A DNA stretch of 64,000 nucleotides from an uncultured Planctomycetaceae bacterium (GTDB taxonomy: Bacteria; Planctomycetota; Planctomycetia; Pirellulales; PALSA-1355). Position numbers and translations under genes: made by a program. Under the pieces are notes generated by a model that was not told the origin of the DNA, did not search any database, and saw only the letters and a program-made list of their open reading frames with translations. Position 1 is the stretch's first letter, and the number at the start of each line of letters is the position of its first letter. Location: NCBI GenBank assembly GCA_963785305.1, contig CAWAUV010000007.1, positions 768,001 through 832,000 on the forward strand, read 5' to 3'. Positions 11,011 to 24,900 of this stretch are shown in pieces.

Positions 11011-11048
11011 CCGTCCGCGCCGCAATCCACGGCGCGGGCGGTTTTTTT
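11011..11048 (+). terminator. Rho-independent terminator
   Basis: CCGTCCGCGCCG-loop-CGGCGCGGGCGG followed by T7. Confidence 0.75.
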
Positions 11049-11217
11049 AGCTATTGCGAGAATTCGCACCCCGGCCCGAGCGCTCGTCGGCACGAAAGGT
11101 TTCAATGACTTTGCCGCTTCAAAAAAAGCGAGCTTCACGGCAAACGCCGCATCGGACTTTCCCGCGCCGACCATGGAAGTCGCCCGCACGAAAATCAACA
11201 ACACTTTCGTCGCATCC

Positions 11218-12405
11218 CTACTCGCCCGCGAGCTGTTCTAAATCGTCCGCCAGCTCCCGCAGGGCGGCTAGCGGATCGTCGAGGGCATGCTTTTCGGCGA
11301 AGCGACGAGCGGCCTCACCGTAGTTGGGCGACGCGAGCACTTGTCGCAGTTTCGTTTCCACGGCCGACGAATTGCCTGGGTCGGCGAGGTCCGCAAAACC
11401 TTCCTGACTGCGCTCGGCGAGCTTGCATGAGCTGTTCCCAGTAGAGCGGTAGCAGGAAGGAGGGCTTGCCGGCGAGCAGCATCGCGGCGAGCGTTCCGTG
11501 CCCGCCGTTAAGAATCGCCAAGTCGCACTCGGCCGCGGCTTGGCAAATGTCGAGCGGCTCGCGATGGAAATGCAAGTTCACGGTAGCATGACGCCGCTCG
11601 AGCGCGGATCGGCGCGATCGAGATAGACCACCGTCGGATAACGCCATGTGGCCAAGCATTGCAGCAGGGCCCCGAGCGAGGGAAACGGCTTCAGGTAAAC
11701 GAAAATTCGCTTGCCATCGCCGGGCGGCCACTGGAAAGGCTTGCCAAAGCTATCCGGCTGACAACCGTAATAGCGACCCCCCGGCCGTGGCCCAAAATGG
11801 TCGAGCTCGGCGAAGGTGCAAAGTAGCGTGGCATCGACCTGACGATAAAGATCGGCAAGGCTTTCCAGTGGCGGCTGGCCACGGGCCAAGAGTAATTGGC
11901 GCGCATTTCCGAGGGCCCTTCCGTCGGCGGCGGGGTCCGGCGGATTGGCCGACGCCTGGGCACGCAGGCGAGGCAAATCCGGCTCGGTCGTTGGACACGA
12001 AAACCCGACCCCGATCACGACGCGGCGAAACTCATGCTCTCGGGCCGCGAGCAGCGCCATGGGGCTATGTTCGAAGAGCACGACGTCCGGTTTTGTCGCT
12101 TGAAAGATCGATCGCCAAGCCGCGGCGCCGATCGAAAGCCGCTCGTAGTCGCCGAAACCGACGTTCGCCAGCATCTGCCCAAACGTCTCGGGCTTGTCCA
12201 TTCCCGGCGCCTGCCGCGGCAGTGAAAAGGGCGCTTGCCAATACGCCACGTCGAGATGGCCGAACACGCGGCCGGCATGCGTCAGATCTCGCAAGGCCAA
12301 GTCGACCCGATGCCCGCGGCGAACGAGCTCGCCGACGATCGGCTTGAGCCCACCGAGGTGCCCCAGTCCGCCGCCCAGTTCCCACGTCACGAGGAATTTC
12401 GCCAT
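11218..12405 (-). CDS. GT-B fold glycosyltransferase (GT1/GT28-like), frameshifted
   Basis: 'WELGGGLGHL...LVRRGHRV' N-terminus; 'CDLAILNGGHGTLAAMLLAGKP..LLP..WEQ' sugar-nucleotide binding motif in the next frame; ends 'DDLEQLAGE*'. Confidence 0.8.
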
Positions 12406-12987
12406 CGGCGTTCACGGCAACGAAGGGGAAAAAGGCGGCGGAGAGAGTTCTCGCGGCATTGTTCTCAGCGTTCTCCGCGACGGTCACCAATCATCGCAGC
12501 CAAATTCTTGTTCACAAGCCTCGACCAAATATTCGGAAGCGGAATGAGCCTGCGGCATGACGTCGCTCGGTATCCCGGTCGACGGCGGATGCAATTCGCC
12601 GCGAAATAGGCCAGCTTTCAGTGAGGCGGCGCGAAAGAGCCAACGACGGAGCATTGTCCGCACTATACGCCTAATCGCCCTAAAAAAATATTTTGTTGCT
12701 GCGCAAGCTCTTTTGCCAGAATTAGTCATGCGGATTAACACCCCCCGATTGGAAAGGCGTGGAAGATTGCATTCCTTAACTGGGGATTCTAAATTCTCCG
12801 CTCCAGCGGGGTAGACCGGCGCATTCACGCACTGCCCCTCCACGGATGGCGCTCTCTTTTTATCAACCCGTTTTGCTTCGCCTGGTAATGACGAAAATGC
12901 CGCGGCGTCGGCGCGGTAGCGCTGTGCCTTTGGCGTTTCCGGGGTCTTTTCGAACTCACGAGCCATCTCTTCGCAGGGAGACGTTCG

Positions 12988-15900
12988 ATGCGGCTTTCAC
13001 CTCGCTCTTGGAGGAATACCGCCCGCGTTCTTGGGCTCGAGATTCGTGTCAAGCGGCGGCCCCGCCCCCAGAGCCGGCGAGCGGTTCTAGAGTCCCTTGA
13101 AGCGCGTCAACTGATGCACGCCTCTTCGGTGGTCGTGGATACTTCGATATCCGCGTCGGGCTACGGAGAGACTGTGGTTTTCACGGCCGATGTGACGCCG
13201 GCCGACGGATATGACGCCACCCCGACCGGCACGGTGGATTTTGTTGATAGTTCCACCGGCACGGACCTGGGAACTGAAACGCTCGACGGCAACGGCGACG
13301 CCACGCTCACCACCGACTTGTTGAACGCCGGCGATCACACGATCGTCGCCACCTATAGCGGCGATTCGAACTTCGATTCCAGCAGCGCGTCGGTCGATCA
13401 AGAGTTCGATCAAGCTGCCGCGAGCGTGCAATTCGCCTCCTCGGCCGATGACGTGGTGTATGGCCAACCGGTCACGCTCACGGCGAACGTCGCCGCCTAT
13501 GGCGGATATGCAGGCACGCCGACCGGCTCGGTCGATTTCTACGACGAGACGACCGGCGAGGACCTGGGTTCCGCGTCTCTCGATGGCAGCGGCGACGCCA
13601 GCATGACTCTCCCCGACCTTAGCGTCGGCGATCACACGATCGAAGTCACCTATAGCGGCGACGGAAATTTCCTGGGAGGCTCGAGCGATTCTTACGTCGA
13701 TGGCGGCAATTCGTTTGTCCAAGAGATCGATCAGGCTTCGGTGGTGGTCTCGGCGGAAACATCGAGCTCGTCGGCGAACTACGGGGACTACCTCACATTC
13801 ACGGCCACGGTGAGCGCGGCCGGTGGTAGCTCCGGCACGCCCACCGGATCGGTCGATTTTTATGACGAGAGCACGGAGCAGGACTTGGGCTCGATTGAAC
13901 TCGACGGCACGGGCACGGCGAGCTTATCGACTTCCAATCTGGGCGTTGGCGATCAGTCGATCGAAGCGATTTATAGCGGGGACTCGTATTTCGCGTCTGG
14001 CAACGCTTCGTTCGATCAGCAAGTCAGTGCCCCGACAGGAATATCGATTTCTTCGTCCGATGGAACGTCGTTCGCATACGGCCAAACGGCCAATCTCGAG
14101 GCGTTTGTTTACTCTTACGGCGGCGTTCCGACCGGTTCGGTTGACTTTTACAACGAATTGACCGGCGTGGATTATGGCTCGGTCGAACTCGATGGCTCCG
14201 GATACGCGGGGCTCGCAACGGGCGATATTGGTGTCGGAGATGACGAGATCGTCGCCACATACAATGGCGAGGGCGGTTTCGAGAGTAGCAACGCGTCGTT
14301 GGAGGTAGATGTTTATGCCACGTCGTCGGTGGTATTGACAAGCTCTATTCCAAATCCTTCCGTCTATGGCGAATCGGTTACGTTCGCGGCCGCGGTTTCA
14401 GGAAGCTATGGTGGCGTCGCCACCGGCACGGTCGATTTCTATGACGAAACAACCGGTGAGGACCTGGGAACCGTCGCCCTCGATGGCAATGGCGACGCCA
14501 ATCTTTCCACCAGCAATCTCTCGGTCGAAGACCATACGATCGTCGCCACCTATAGCGGCGACTCGAACCTGTACGGCAGCCAAGACTCGTTGACACAGGA
14601 AGTGGACTACGGCACGACAACGACCCTCTCGAGCAGCACGCCTAATCCATCGATCTACGGCGAAAACGTGACGTTCACCGCCGTCGTCAGCGCTAGCAAT
14701 GGGGTGTCAGGCATTCCCACCGGCTCGGTCGACTTCTACGACGAAACGACGGGACAAGACTTGGGGACGGCCACCCTTGACGGCAATGGCGACGCCAGTC
14801 TTTCAGTCGGCAATCTCATTGCCGAAGATCATTCGATCGTCGCCACATATAGCGGCGACTCGAACTGGGACGAAAGCCAGGACTCGCTCACGCAAGAAGT
14901 CGAATACGCTCCGACAACGATCCTCGCAAGCGGCGAGCCCGATCCTTCCGCGTACGGCCAGCCATTAACGCTCACCGCCGTGGTTTCGAACTCCTACGGG
15001 GGCGTCCCAACCGGCTCGGTGGACTTCTACGACGAAACCACGAGCACCGATCTCGGCACTTATAGTCTCGACGACACGGGCATGGCCAGCTTCTCGACTT
15101 CGGGCCTGCCGGTTGGCGATCAAGCTATCGTGGCCAGCTATAGCGGGGACTCGAATTACTATTCTTCGTCGGCCACGACCGATTCGATGGTCTACAGCAT
15201 TGGCCCGAGCATCAGCGCGCCGAGCGGCCAAACCGGCGATGAAGACGTTCCGATATCGTTTTCGAGTAGCGGCGGCAGCGCCATCACCGTCAGCGATCCA
15301 GACGTAACGAACCTCTCCGTGACGCTTTCCGTCGCGAACGGGATCTTGAACTTGGGCTCGAACGTCGACTCCAGTCTGAATGTTTCCGGGCAAGGTTCGA
15401 GCTTGCTCACGATCGAGGGCGATCAGTCGCTCATCAATCAAGCGCTGGATGGTCTTTATTATACGGCCGACCCGGATTTTTACGGCAGCGACACGCTGTC
15501 GATCACCGCCGACGACTTGAGCGGCTCAGCGGATGAGCGGGATCACACCAGTTCGGTCAACGTGCCACTCACGGTGGTAGCTGCGCCGACAATCAGTGTT
15601 CCCGGTGACCAGACTCTGAACATCACCAATCAGTATTCCAATTATGACTACTTGGGCTATGGTGGATCGCTGACGCTCCCGATCACCGTGGGCGATCCGA
15701 ACTCGAGTGTGAGTTCGCTCGATGTCACGATCGCGGCTGGCTACGGCGGAGACGCGAACCTTTATCTTGCCGACGAGAACGGAATATCGTTCCTCTCTGG
15801 AAACGACGGCGACTCCTCAATGACGATCCAGGGCTCGATCAGTGATTTAAATAACGCGCTAGGCGGACTGACATTTCAGTTGGGTAGCGGGTGGGGCGGC

Positions 15901-18900
15901 GAGTCGCTCACCATTACAGCCGACGATCTCAACGAAACCGGTGCCGGCGACCAAACCGCGACCGCCAGCTTGAATATCACGACGAATGTTTATTACACGC
16001 CGCCTCCCATTCCCCCGGCCCCGACAGTGAACGCGCCCGACGCTCAATACGTCGGGCAAAATGGGATAACGTTAACTTCCGCGGATGACACGGCGATCAC
16101 CGTGGGCGACTCGGCGACGAATTATCTTGAGGTGAGCCTGTCGGTCAACGATGGCATGCTAATACTGCCTGAATCCTATTACGGAGGCGCTTCGATCACT
16201 TCGGGCATGGGTAGCAATAACATTTCGCTTGACGGCGATATTTCCGATCTCAACACATTGCTCGATGGCCTGATCTATCAGCCCTACTCCTGGGCCTCCT
16301 GCTCCGACTCGCTTTCCATTACCGTCGACGACATGAACTTCAGTGGGACCGGTGATCAATTCGCGTCGACCGAGGTTCAATTAAACATTGTCTCGCCGCC
16401 GCAAATTCAATCGATTGCGAACCAAACGGTCGGAGAAGGAACACTCGTCACCTTGACTCCGACCGTCACCACGAACGGCAATCCGGACCCGACGCTCAGT
16501 TCAAGTTTCGCGTTTTTTGCTAGCACTCGAATCGCCGATTTCTCGTGGGTTTTGCACAGTTTGACGGCCGAACTGCCAATTTTTGCATGTTACCGAGAGG
16601 CCGAAGGTTGCCGGAAACGCGCCGAAATCGGAGAAACCACGACGAATCGGGCTATCGGAACTTTTGAAAACCGCGAAAGTCGAACTCAGCTACAGCCTCG
16701 CGGCCGCGCCGGCGGGAGCGTGCATTGATCCCAATAGCGGCACGCTGTGGTGGCCTTCCAACGTCGATCCGCCCGGGACGTATCAATTCACTATCGACGT
16801 GGTGGATAACTTCGGCGACGTCGCCAGCCAGACATTCAGCGTCACCACGACATCCGCCGCGATCAATGCCGCGACGCTGAACTCCGGCTCGAACCAATCC
16901 CTTCCTTCCATCGCTTCCGACGGCGAAGGCGATTACACGACCGTCTGGTATGGCGATGGTCCGGGGGGGTATGCGATTTATGGACAGCAATTCGGTCCCG
17001 ATGGCACGGCCTTCGGCGGCAACTTTCAAGCGAGTCCCGCGGCCGCCGCCGTGGACGGTGTCTTTAAGCCCGTCATCGGCATGCAGTCCGATGGCGATTT
17101 CGTCGTGGCCTGGGAGGGACTCGGAACCGATGGATATGAGAGCATCTGGGCCCAACAGTTCAATGCCGATGGCACAACAGCCGGAGCGGCCTTCCAAGTG
17201 AACGCGGCCGGCACGACGGCCTCGGAGCCCTCGATCGCCATGTCGGACGACGGATCGTTCGTCATCGCCTGGTATGGCAACGCATCCGCCGCGGGCTGGG
17301 GCGTTTATATCCAACAGTTCGGCAGCGGTTCAAGCCCCGGCACGGGCGACGGCGATGAAGGGCCGACAGCGACGGACGCCGCGTTCCTGGTTGCCGGGTA
17401 TGGCGCTTCGGAGCCGGCCATCGGTATGGACTCCAATGATGACTTCGTCGTGGCTTGGAACTGGTCTCAATCCATTTACGCCGCGGAGTTCGCGGCAAAT
17501 GGGTCGGCGGAACAAACCGCGTTCGAGGTTACCGATTCGTCGGCGTATGGCGGCGATTCGACTTCGAGTGCGCCGGCCGTCGGCATGGGCGAAAATGGTC
17601 AGTTCGCCATTGCCTGGACCGTGCCCACGGGCACTGAAATCGCTTACGGCGGCGGGGCGGACGATCCGTATGCCGATCCCTACGAAGGCGCAGGCGGCGA
17701 AGTCCAAGCGATGAACTATACCATCGCCGGCCAGCCGGTCGAATCCTCGCCGATTCTGGTCGACACTGCCATCGGCGACGCCCCCGGCGCTCAATCACTG
17801 GGCGCGGCGGTCGACGGCTCGGGCTACTTCACGGTCGACTGGTACAATGACGGCCCGAGCGCCGCCGGACCTTATCCGCTGGGCACGGAGGCCCAGGTCT
17901 ACGCCCCCGATGGCGACCCGCAAAGCGGCCCCTCCTGGATCGACAGCATTAATCCCAACACGTTGGAGTCGCCCGGCAACGCTACCTATGGCGGATACGC
18001 ATTCGGCGGCGCGGGCGGCGCCGCCGTCTCGACGGGCGGCGCCGGCGCCTTCGCCGCCGCCTGGACCCACCCCGCCTGGGACGGCAACTCCAACGCCATC
18101 TACACCCAGCCGCTCACGTTCACCGAGCCGCTCGCGCTGGCCACGCCCGGCCAACCACTCGCGGCGATCACGATCACGGCGGGCGCGGCGGCGACCACGC
18201 TCGACGTGAGCAGCGCCTTCGTCGAAAACGGCAATGATGATCCGCTCGTCTACAGCGTGTCGGCCAACAGCAATTCCAGCCAAGTTACGGGCGGCTTTAG
18301 CGGCTCGGTGCTTTCGCTCAGCGCGGTGGAATCGTCATCTGGCTCAGCCAACCTAGTGCTGCGCGCCACGGACACGGCTACAGGCGCGTTCGTCGAAGTA
18401 CCGCTGACGGTGAATATCTTACCCTGTATCCCCATTATCAACATCGTGGGCTCATCGGCCATTTCGTCCGGCTCGACCTACACGCTCACGATTGATGTTC
18501 CATCCGCCGTGACGCCATCGGGCCTGACGATCAATTGGGGCGATGGCAGCACTCAGGTCGTTCCCTCGACGACGACGACCATCACGCACGTCTTTTCCGC
18601 CGCCGAGCAGACCGCGCTGGCAACGGATGAAATCCAGGTATTTGGCGACGATCAAGACGGAAACTCGTTATACGGAAGCAATGTGCTTCCGGTGACAGTC
18701 AATCCAGTGCCGCCGACGATCACAATCAGCGGTCCGTCCACGATCAACGCCGGCTCGCCTTATACGCTGAATCTTTCGTCGCTCGAGACGGATGGCGACA
18801 CGATTTCGAGCTGGACGATTTACTGGGGCGATGGCTCGTCCAGTGTCGTAAGCGGCAACCCGTCAACCACTTCGCATACCTACTCGGCCGGATTGCCCGG

Positions 18901-21900
18901 CGAGTCGAGTGTTTACGCGATCACGGCGACGGCGACCGACCAAAACGGAACTTATGCCGCGAGTTCCCAGCAGGTCACCGTCGCGACCGCGGCGGCCACG
19001 GCCACGATCAGCGGTAATTCGACCATCGACCAAGGAGCCCAATATCAACTCGATTTGTCGGGAAGTCTTGGCGACGGAGAGACAATTACGAGTTGGACGA
19101 TCAATTGGGGCGACGGGAGCGCTCCCCAGACGGTCGCTGGCGACGCAACCGACGTCACGCATGTGTACGCGCATGGACCCGACGCCGGCTCGAATACCTA
19201 CAGGATTCTGGCCACCGCCGCTGGCGGAGCCGGTTCGGTTGCCACGAATTCGCAACCGGTGACCGTGACTTCCGCGGCACCCGCCGTGTCGATCTCAGGC
19301 CCCGGCAATGCCACGCAAGGGGCAACTTATACGCTTGCTCTCTCGGGCAGCGAAACAGACGGCGACTCGATCACGTCGTGGATCATCAACTGGGGCGATG
19401 GCACGGCGCCGCAGTACTATTCCGGAAACATCACGTCGGCCACGCATGTATTCACGCAAACGGCCCAGTCCGGATCGAGCGTCTTCGATATTCAAGCGAC
19501 GGCGGTGGATCCGGACGGCAGCTATGCATCGAACGTCATTGGGTTGACCGTGGTCGCCCCGCCGCCGACGGTGCAAATAGGCGGAGCCGCCACAGTAAGT
19601 CAAGGGGCCCCCTACTCGCTCGATCTGTCGGCGTCGGAAACGGATGGGGACACCATCTCGAGTTGGACGATCAACTGGGGTGATGGCTCGGCGGCGCAAA
19701 CGGTTCCCGGCGGCGTCTCGGTTGTAACGCATCAATATGGCGCGGGTCAGTTGCCTGGAGCCAATACGTATTCCATCAGCGCGACCGCGACCGATCAGAA
19801 TGGGAGCTATTCCAGCAACAACTCGCCGGTAATCGTCACGCCAGTAGCTCCGCGGGTCTCGATCAGCGGGCCCGCGAGAGCCACCCAAGGTTCCCAGTAT
19901 TCACTCTCGTTGTCGGCAATCGAGTCCGGCAACGCAACGATCAGCCAATGGACGATCAACTGGGGAGACGGGACCGCGCCGCAAGTCGTCGATGGTTCGC
20001 CTTCGTCGGTGACCCACGTATACGGCGCCGGAACATCCGCCGGGTCCAATGATTATACGATCAGCGCCACTGCCACCGATCAAAACGGAACCCACGACGG
20101 CGGCAACTCGCAATCCGTCGCGGTGCAGTCCGTTCCCGCCTTGGCCACGATCAGCGGAAACGGCTGGGTCGAAGCCGGCCAGACCTACACTCTCGACCTC
20201 GCGAGCCAGGAAACGGACGGCGACACCATCAGCGGTTGGAATATCAATTGGGGTGACGGGAGTTCGGTGCAAACGATCACGGGTAATCCAACCTCGGTGA
20301 CCCACGTGTTCGGCAGCCCTCCGGTGGGCACGAGCACGTTTCTGGTCGGCGCCGCCGCCATCGACGGCGACGGCTCCTACGCGAGCAATACCCAGCCCGT
20401 CAATTTGGTTACGAGCTCCGATGGTCAACCGAACGCTCCCTCGGTGATTATCAGCGGCAACGCATCGGACAATCAAGACGATACCTATACGCTCTCGCTC
20501 GATGCGTACGAGCCGAGCGGGATTTCCGTTCAAGGCTGGACAATCAATTGGGGCGACGGCACGTCGACGACCATTGCCGGTGACGCCACATTCGCGACAC
20601 ATAGCTATGGCCCGGGATTCGATCCGGGCACGAACAGCTACCAGATCAGCGCCGTCATGAGCGACGCGAACGGCTTCTACGCCGCCGCGCCTTTGACGGT
20701 CAAGGTGACTTCGGTCGCGCCGACATTGGCGATCAGCGGCGCTCCTTCGGTGAATTTGGGTTCTACTTACACGCTCGATCTAAGCAGCGATGAAACCGAC
20801 GGCGACACGCTCGCCACTTGGATAATCAATTGGGGCGACGGCTCCGCGCCACAGACCGTTCCCGGCGACACCACGTCCGTGACGCACACGTTCGTCCCGG
20901 GTGGCGACCTCGGATCGAACTACTACCAAATCACGGCCACGGCAAGCGATCAAGACGGAACATACGGTTCGAACACGCAGCCGGTCTCCGTCGATCCCGT
21001 CGCGCCAACCGTGCAGATCAGTGGCGATTCGACGGTCGACGAAGGCGCCCCCTACACGCTCGACCTGTCCGGCGTCGAGTCGGACGGCGAATCGATCAAC
21101 GGTTGGACGATTTACTGGGGCGACGGCAGCGCCGCGCAGCTGATCTCGGGCAACCCGACGTCGATCACGCATGTGTTCGGGCCGGGCTCTGGACGTCAAA
21201 GCTACTCGATTCAGGCGATTGCCACCGATCCCGAAGGCACGTATTACTCGAATTCGCAAACTGTCGCCATCACAGCCGTCCCGCCGACATTGAGTATCAG
21301 CGGTCCGTCGACAATCGATCAAGGATCCACGTACACCCTTAATCTTTCGGCCGCTGAAACGAGTGGAGACACCGTCAGTGGCTGGTCCATCAACTGGGGC
21401 GACGGCTCGACGCAGACCGTCGAAGGCAATCAACCCTTCGTCACGCATGTCTATACCACCGCTTCGCCTTCTTCCGATCCCGATACGATTATCGCCACCG
21501 CCACGGATCAAGACGGCCAATACAGCGCGACGCAGACCGTCGCCGTGACCGCCGTCCCGCCGGTGATTACGGTCGTGGGTTCGAGCACCGATAATCAGGG
21601 CGACACCTATACCCTCGATTTCGCCGCCTATGAAAGCGATGGGGACACGGTCAACTCGTGGTCGGTCAATTGGGGCGATGGTCAGACCGACACCTATGGT
21701 GGAACCACGACATCGGCGACGCATACCTACGTCGCGGGCCCGAACCCCGGCTCGAATACATATACGATCACCGCGACGGCCACCGACATCGGCGGCTCAT
21801 ATGCGGGAACACAGACGGTCACGGTCCAGTCCGTGGCGCCGGCGGCGATCATCTCCGGCAATTCCACGTCGGCGCCCAATCAGCCTTACACCCTTGATCT

Positions 21901-24900
21901 ATCCGCCCCCGAAACCGATCAAGACACGATCTCCAGTTGGACCATCAACTGGGGCGACGGCAGCCAACCGGAGACGGTTTCCGGAAATCCTTCCTCGTTG
22001 ACGCATAGTTTCACGCTTCCGAACGGCGCCGCCTCGCAAACGTTCGTGATCACCGCCGCGGCTTCCGATCAAGACGGAACCCATGCGTCCAATTCGCTGC
22101 CCGTGACCGTCGCGGCCCCCGTCCCCACGGTGACGATCAGCGGCGCCTCGGCGGTCAATTTGGGCCAGGAATATACTTTGAATCTCGCCTCGCAGGCGTC
22201 CGACGGAAGCTCGATCACCGGGTGGACGATCAATTGGGGAGACGGAAGCTCGCCGCAGCTGGTCGCCGCCGGCGTATCGTCGGTCACGCATGTATTTCAA
22301 TCGAACGTGCCCGCCACGCTCGGCGGCGACAGCTATGGCGTGACGATCACCGCCGCGGCCAGCGATCAAAACGGAACCTATGCCGGCAACGCCGTGCCGG
22401 TCACCGTCTACAACGACGGCAACGGCGCGTTGGCTCCCTACACGATCTATCTCGACGATCCCAACGCCGCCCAGCTCGATCTCGGATCCACCTTGGCTCG
22501 CATCTTGGGAACCAACGACCCGCTGAATTTCGCGGTCTCCGACAATCCCGACGCGAATCTCAATGCGTATTTCGTTGGATCGGTTCTCTACTTCAATACC
22601 TCCGACGACACGCCCGGGAATGTTCAGTTGACCATCGAGGTCACGGACGCCAAGACCGGCGCTTCGATCAGTCTCACCCAAGAAGTCGATCTGGTCGCCG
22701 CGCAAATCACCGACCTCGGCTTGCTCGTCAACGCGGCCGGCGGCGCCGGGCTGCTGACCGGGACCCTGACCGGGATGAGTCCCAGTCTGCCGATTTCGCT
22801 TACCGTCGATTGGGGAGACGGCAATGGGCCTCAGTATTACACGCTGCCGACCGGAACCGAGCAGATCGATCTGACGTACGACTATCCCGACGCGCCCGTC
22901 CCGGCCGCGGGTTATCAAGCGACGGTCACCGTGACGGCGGGCTACTCCCAGGCCCTCTCCACGGTCGTCAACAGTCTCTCGAATTTCACTTGGCCCGACG
23001 CCCCGTCGCTCACGAGCGTTCCGCAAGAGCCCGAGCCGGGCGACTACGGCCCGAGCACGCTGGCGGCGCCCTCCTTCACCGGAACCGCGCCCGATTATTC
23101 CTCGGTGGACGAAATCGTCGAACAGTCGTACAGCCAAGCGACCGAGAACGCCAGCTATACCTTCCAAAGCGCTTCGCAAAGCCTCTGGAACGAATACTTT
23201 GACGGTTACTGGGAATATTCCGGTTCGAGCTACGGGTCGGCTTGGAGCATCTCCTCGTCGGCGGTCGAAGCCGCGCAGTCGGCCTATCAAAGTTCGCTAA
23301 GCTCGATTCAAACCACCGAATCGAATTCAAGCAACCAGATCGAGTCGGCTTACACCAATAGTTTCAATCAGGCGCAATCGAGTTACGACGGCGCCGAGAC
23401 GGCGGCTTGGAATTCGTACGACGACAACGCCGCCCAGGCTTTCAGCGCCGAGAACGACGCGCTGGGGCAAAACGGCAATGCGTTCGATTCGGGCGGCATG
23501 GATTACGATGCTTTCGTGTGCGCGGACAGCAATGCGGAATCCGCCTACAATGTCCAAATGGCCGGCTACTCGCTCGCCTTGGGCAACTCGCTGGCCCAAG
23601 CCGCCAGCAGCGAGGAAACATCGTTCGACGAGGCGCTAAGCGTCGCCAACCAGGCGCAAGCCGATCTCACCGATTGGGTCGGCGATCAGTCCGCCGCCGC
23701 GGAGTTGACTTCCGCCCAGGCCGTGAATTCGGCGAGCTACGAGTTCGCGTCGGCGGTGGCCGGTTACTCCCAGTCCTACAACGACGCCCTGGCCTCGGCC
23801 TCGCAAACGCTCGATCAATCGCTCACCGACGCCACCGTGGCCGAGCAGACCGGCCAAGCCAGCGCCGAGTTGACCTACGCCGAACAGATCCAAACCACCG
23901 ACGAGGAGGACAACGAAGGCTCCGACACCTGGGACGCCTACCAAGTCGCCCTTGCCAGCTACCAGTTATCCTACGCCGATGCGATCTCCGGCCCCGAAAC
24001 GACACAGGGCTACAGCGACGCCGCCGCCGGCCTCACACAGCAGCAGAGCATCGATCAGGCCCAGTACAACCACGATTCCGGGCTCGCCGGGTCGCTGAGC
24101 GCCGCCCAAAACGACGTGGCCAACGCCGAATACAATCTGCAAACGGCTCAAAACGACGCGGGCTCGGCCTTCAACAGTTCCGTGGCCGGGCTCTGGTCCT
24201 CGGAGCTCGACGCCTCCGCCACCGCCGAACTGAACTACGCGCAATCAATGAACACGGCCGTGAGCATCACCGCCTCGGGCTATGCCTCCGCCGCCAACGC
24301 CTGCACCCAAAGCGTCTTCGGCTCGCAGGACTCGCCGGAGGACGCGGGGGCGACGGAAGCCGCCGCCGACAACTCGATCTCCCAGCAGTTCCTGTCCAGC
24401 TACGTTTCGGCCGAGGGCGTGCTCGAGCCGGCCTTGTCGGGCGCCTCCGCGAGTTATCAGGAGAACATGATCTCGGGCGGGCTCACGCTCACTTCCGCCA
24501 TCGACAGCGCGGTCTCGACGGCCCAACTTTCGGAAGCGACCGCCGAGAACTCGTATTCCGAAGCCTATGAATTGGCCGCCGACGTCCTTCAAGGCGCCGA
24601 GGCTGGTTACGACGCCTGCGACATCGAGACCGTCGCCAGCGACGCCTATGTCTTCGCCCAGACGCAGCTTCCGGCCCAGCGGACGCTCACCTACAACGAC
24701 GCCTTGGCCCTCGCCGACATGAAATCCGCCGCCATCGGCGAATATGTCGCGGCGCTTCAGACTTGGGCCGCCGGCGACACGACGGATTCTCCGGATTGGA
24801 CGAGCTTCGTGGTCTCCTCGGCCGAGGCCGAGCAAACGCAAATCCTCGCCGACAACTCCGACGATCTCGCTTACGCCGCCAGCACCGCCCAGGCCGACGA

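Noticed and set aside
12484..12660. Short minus-strand peptide ending 'EACEQEFGCDDW' upstream of the glycosyltransferase (RiPP precursor?)
   Set aside because: No clear RBS, no other maturation genes and no family recognised.
16583..16728. N-terminus 'MHVTERPKVAG...' of the 2858-aa ORF and the matching ORF at 9876-10106
   Set aside because: Both are read-through of the MITE sequence, not true protein starts.
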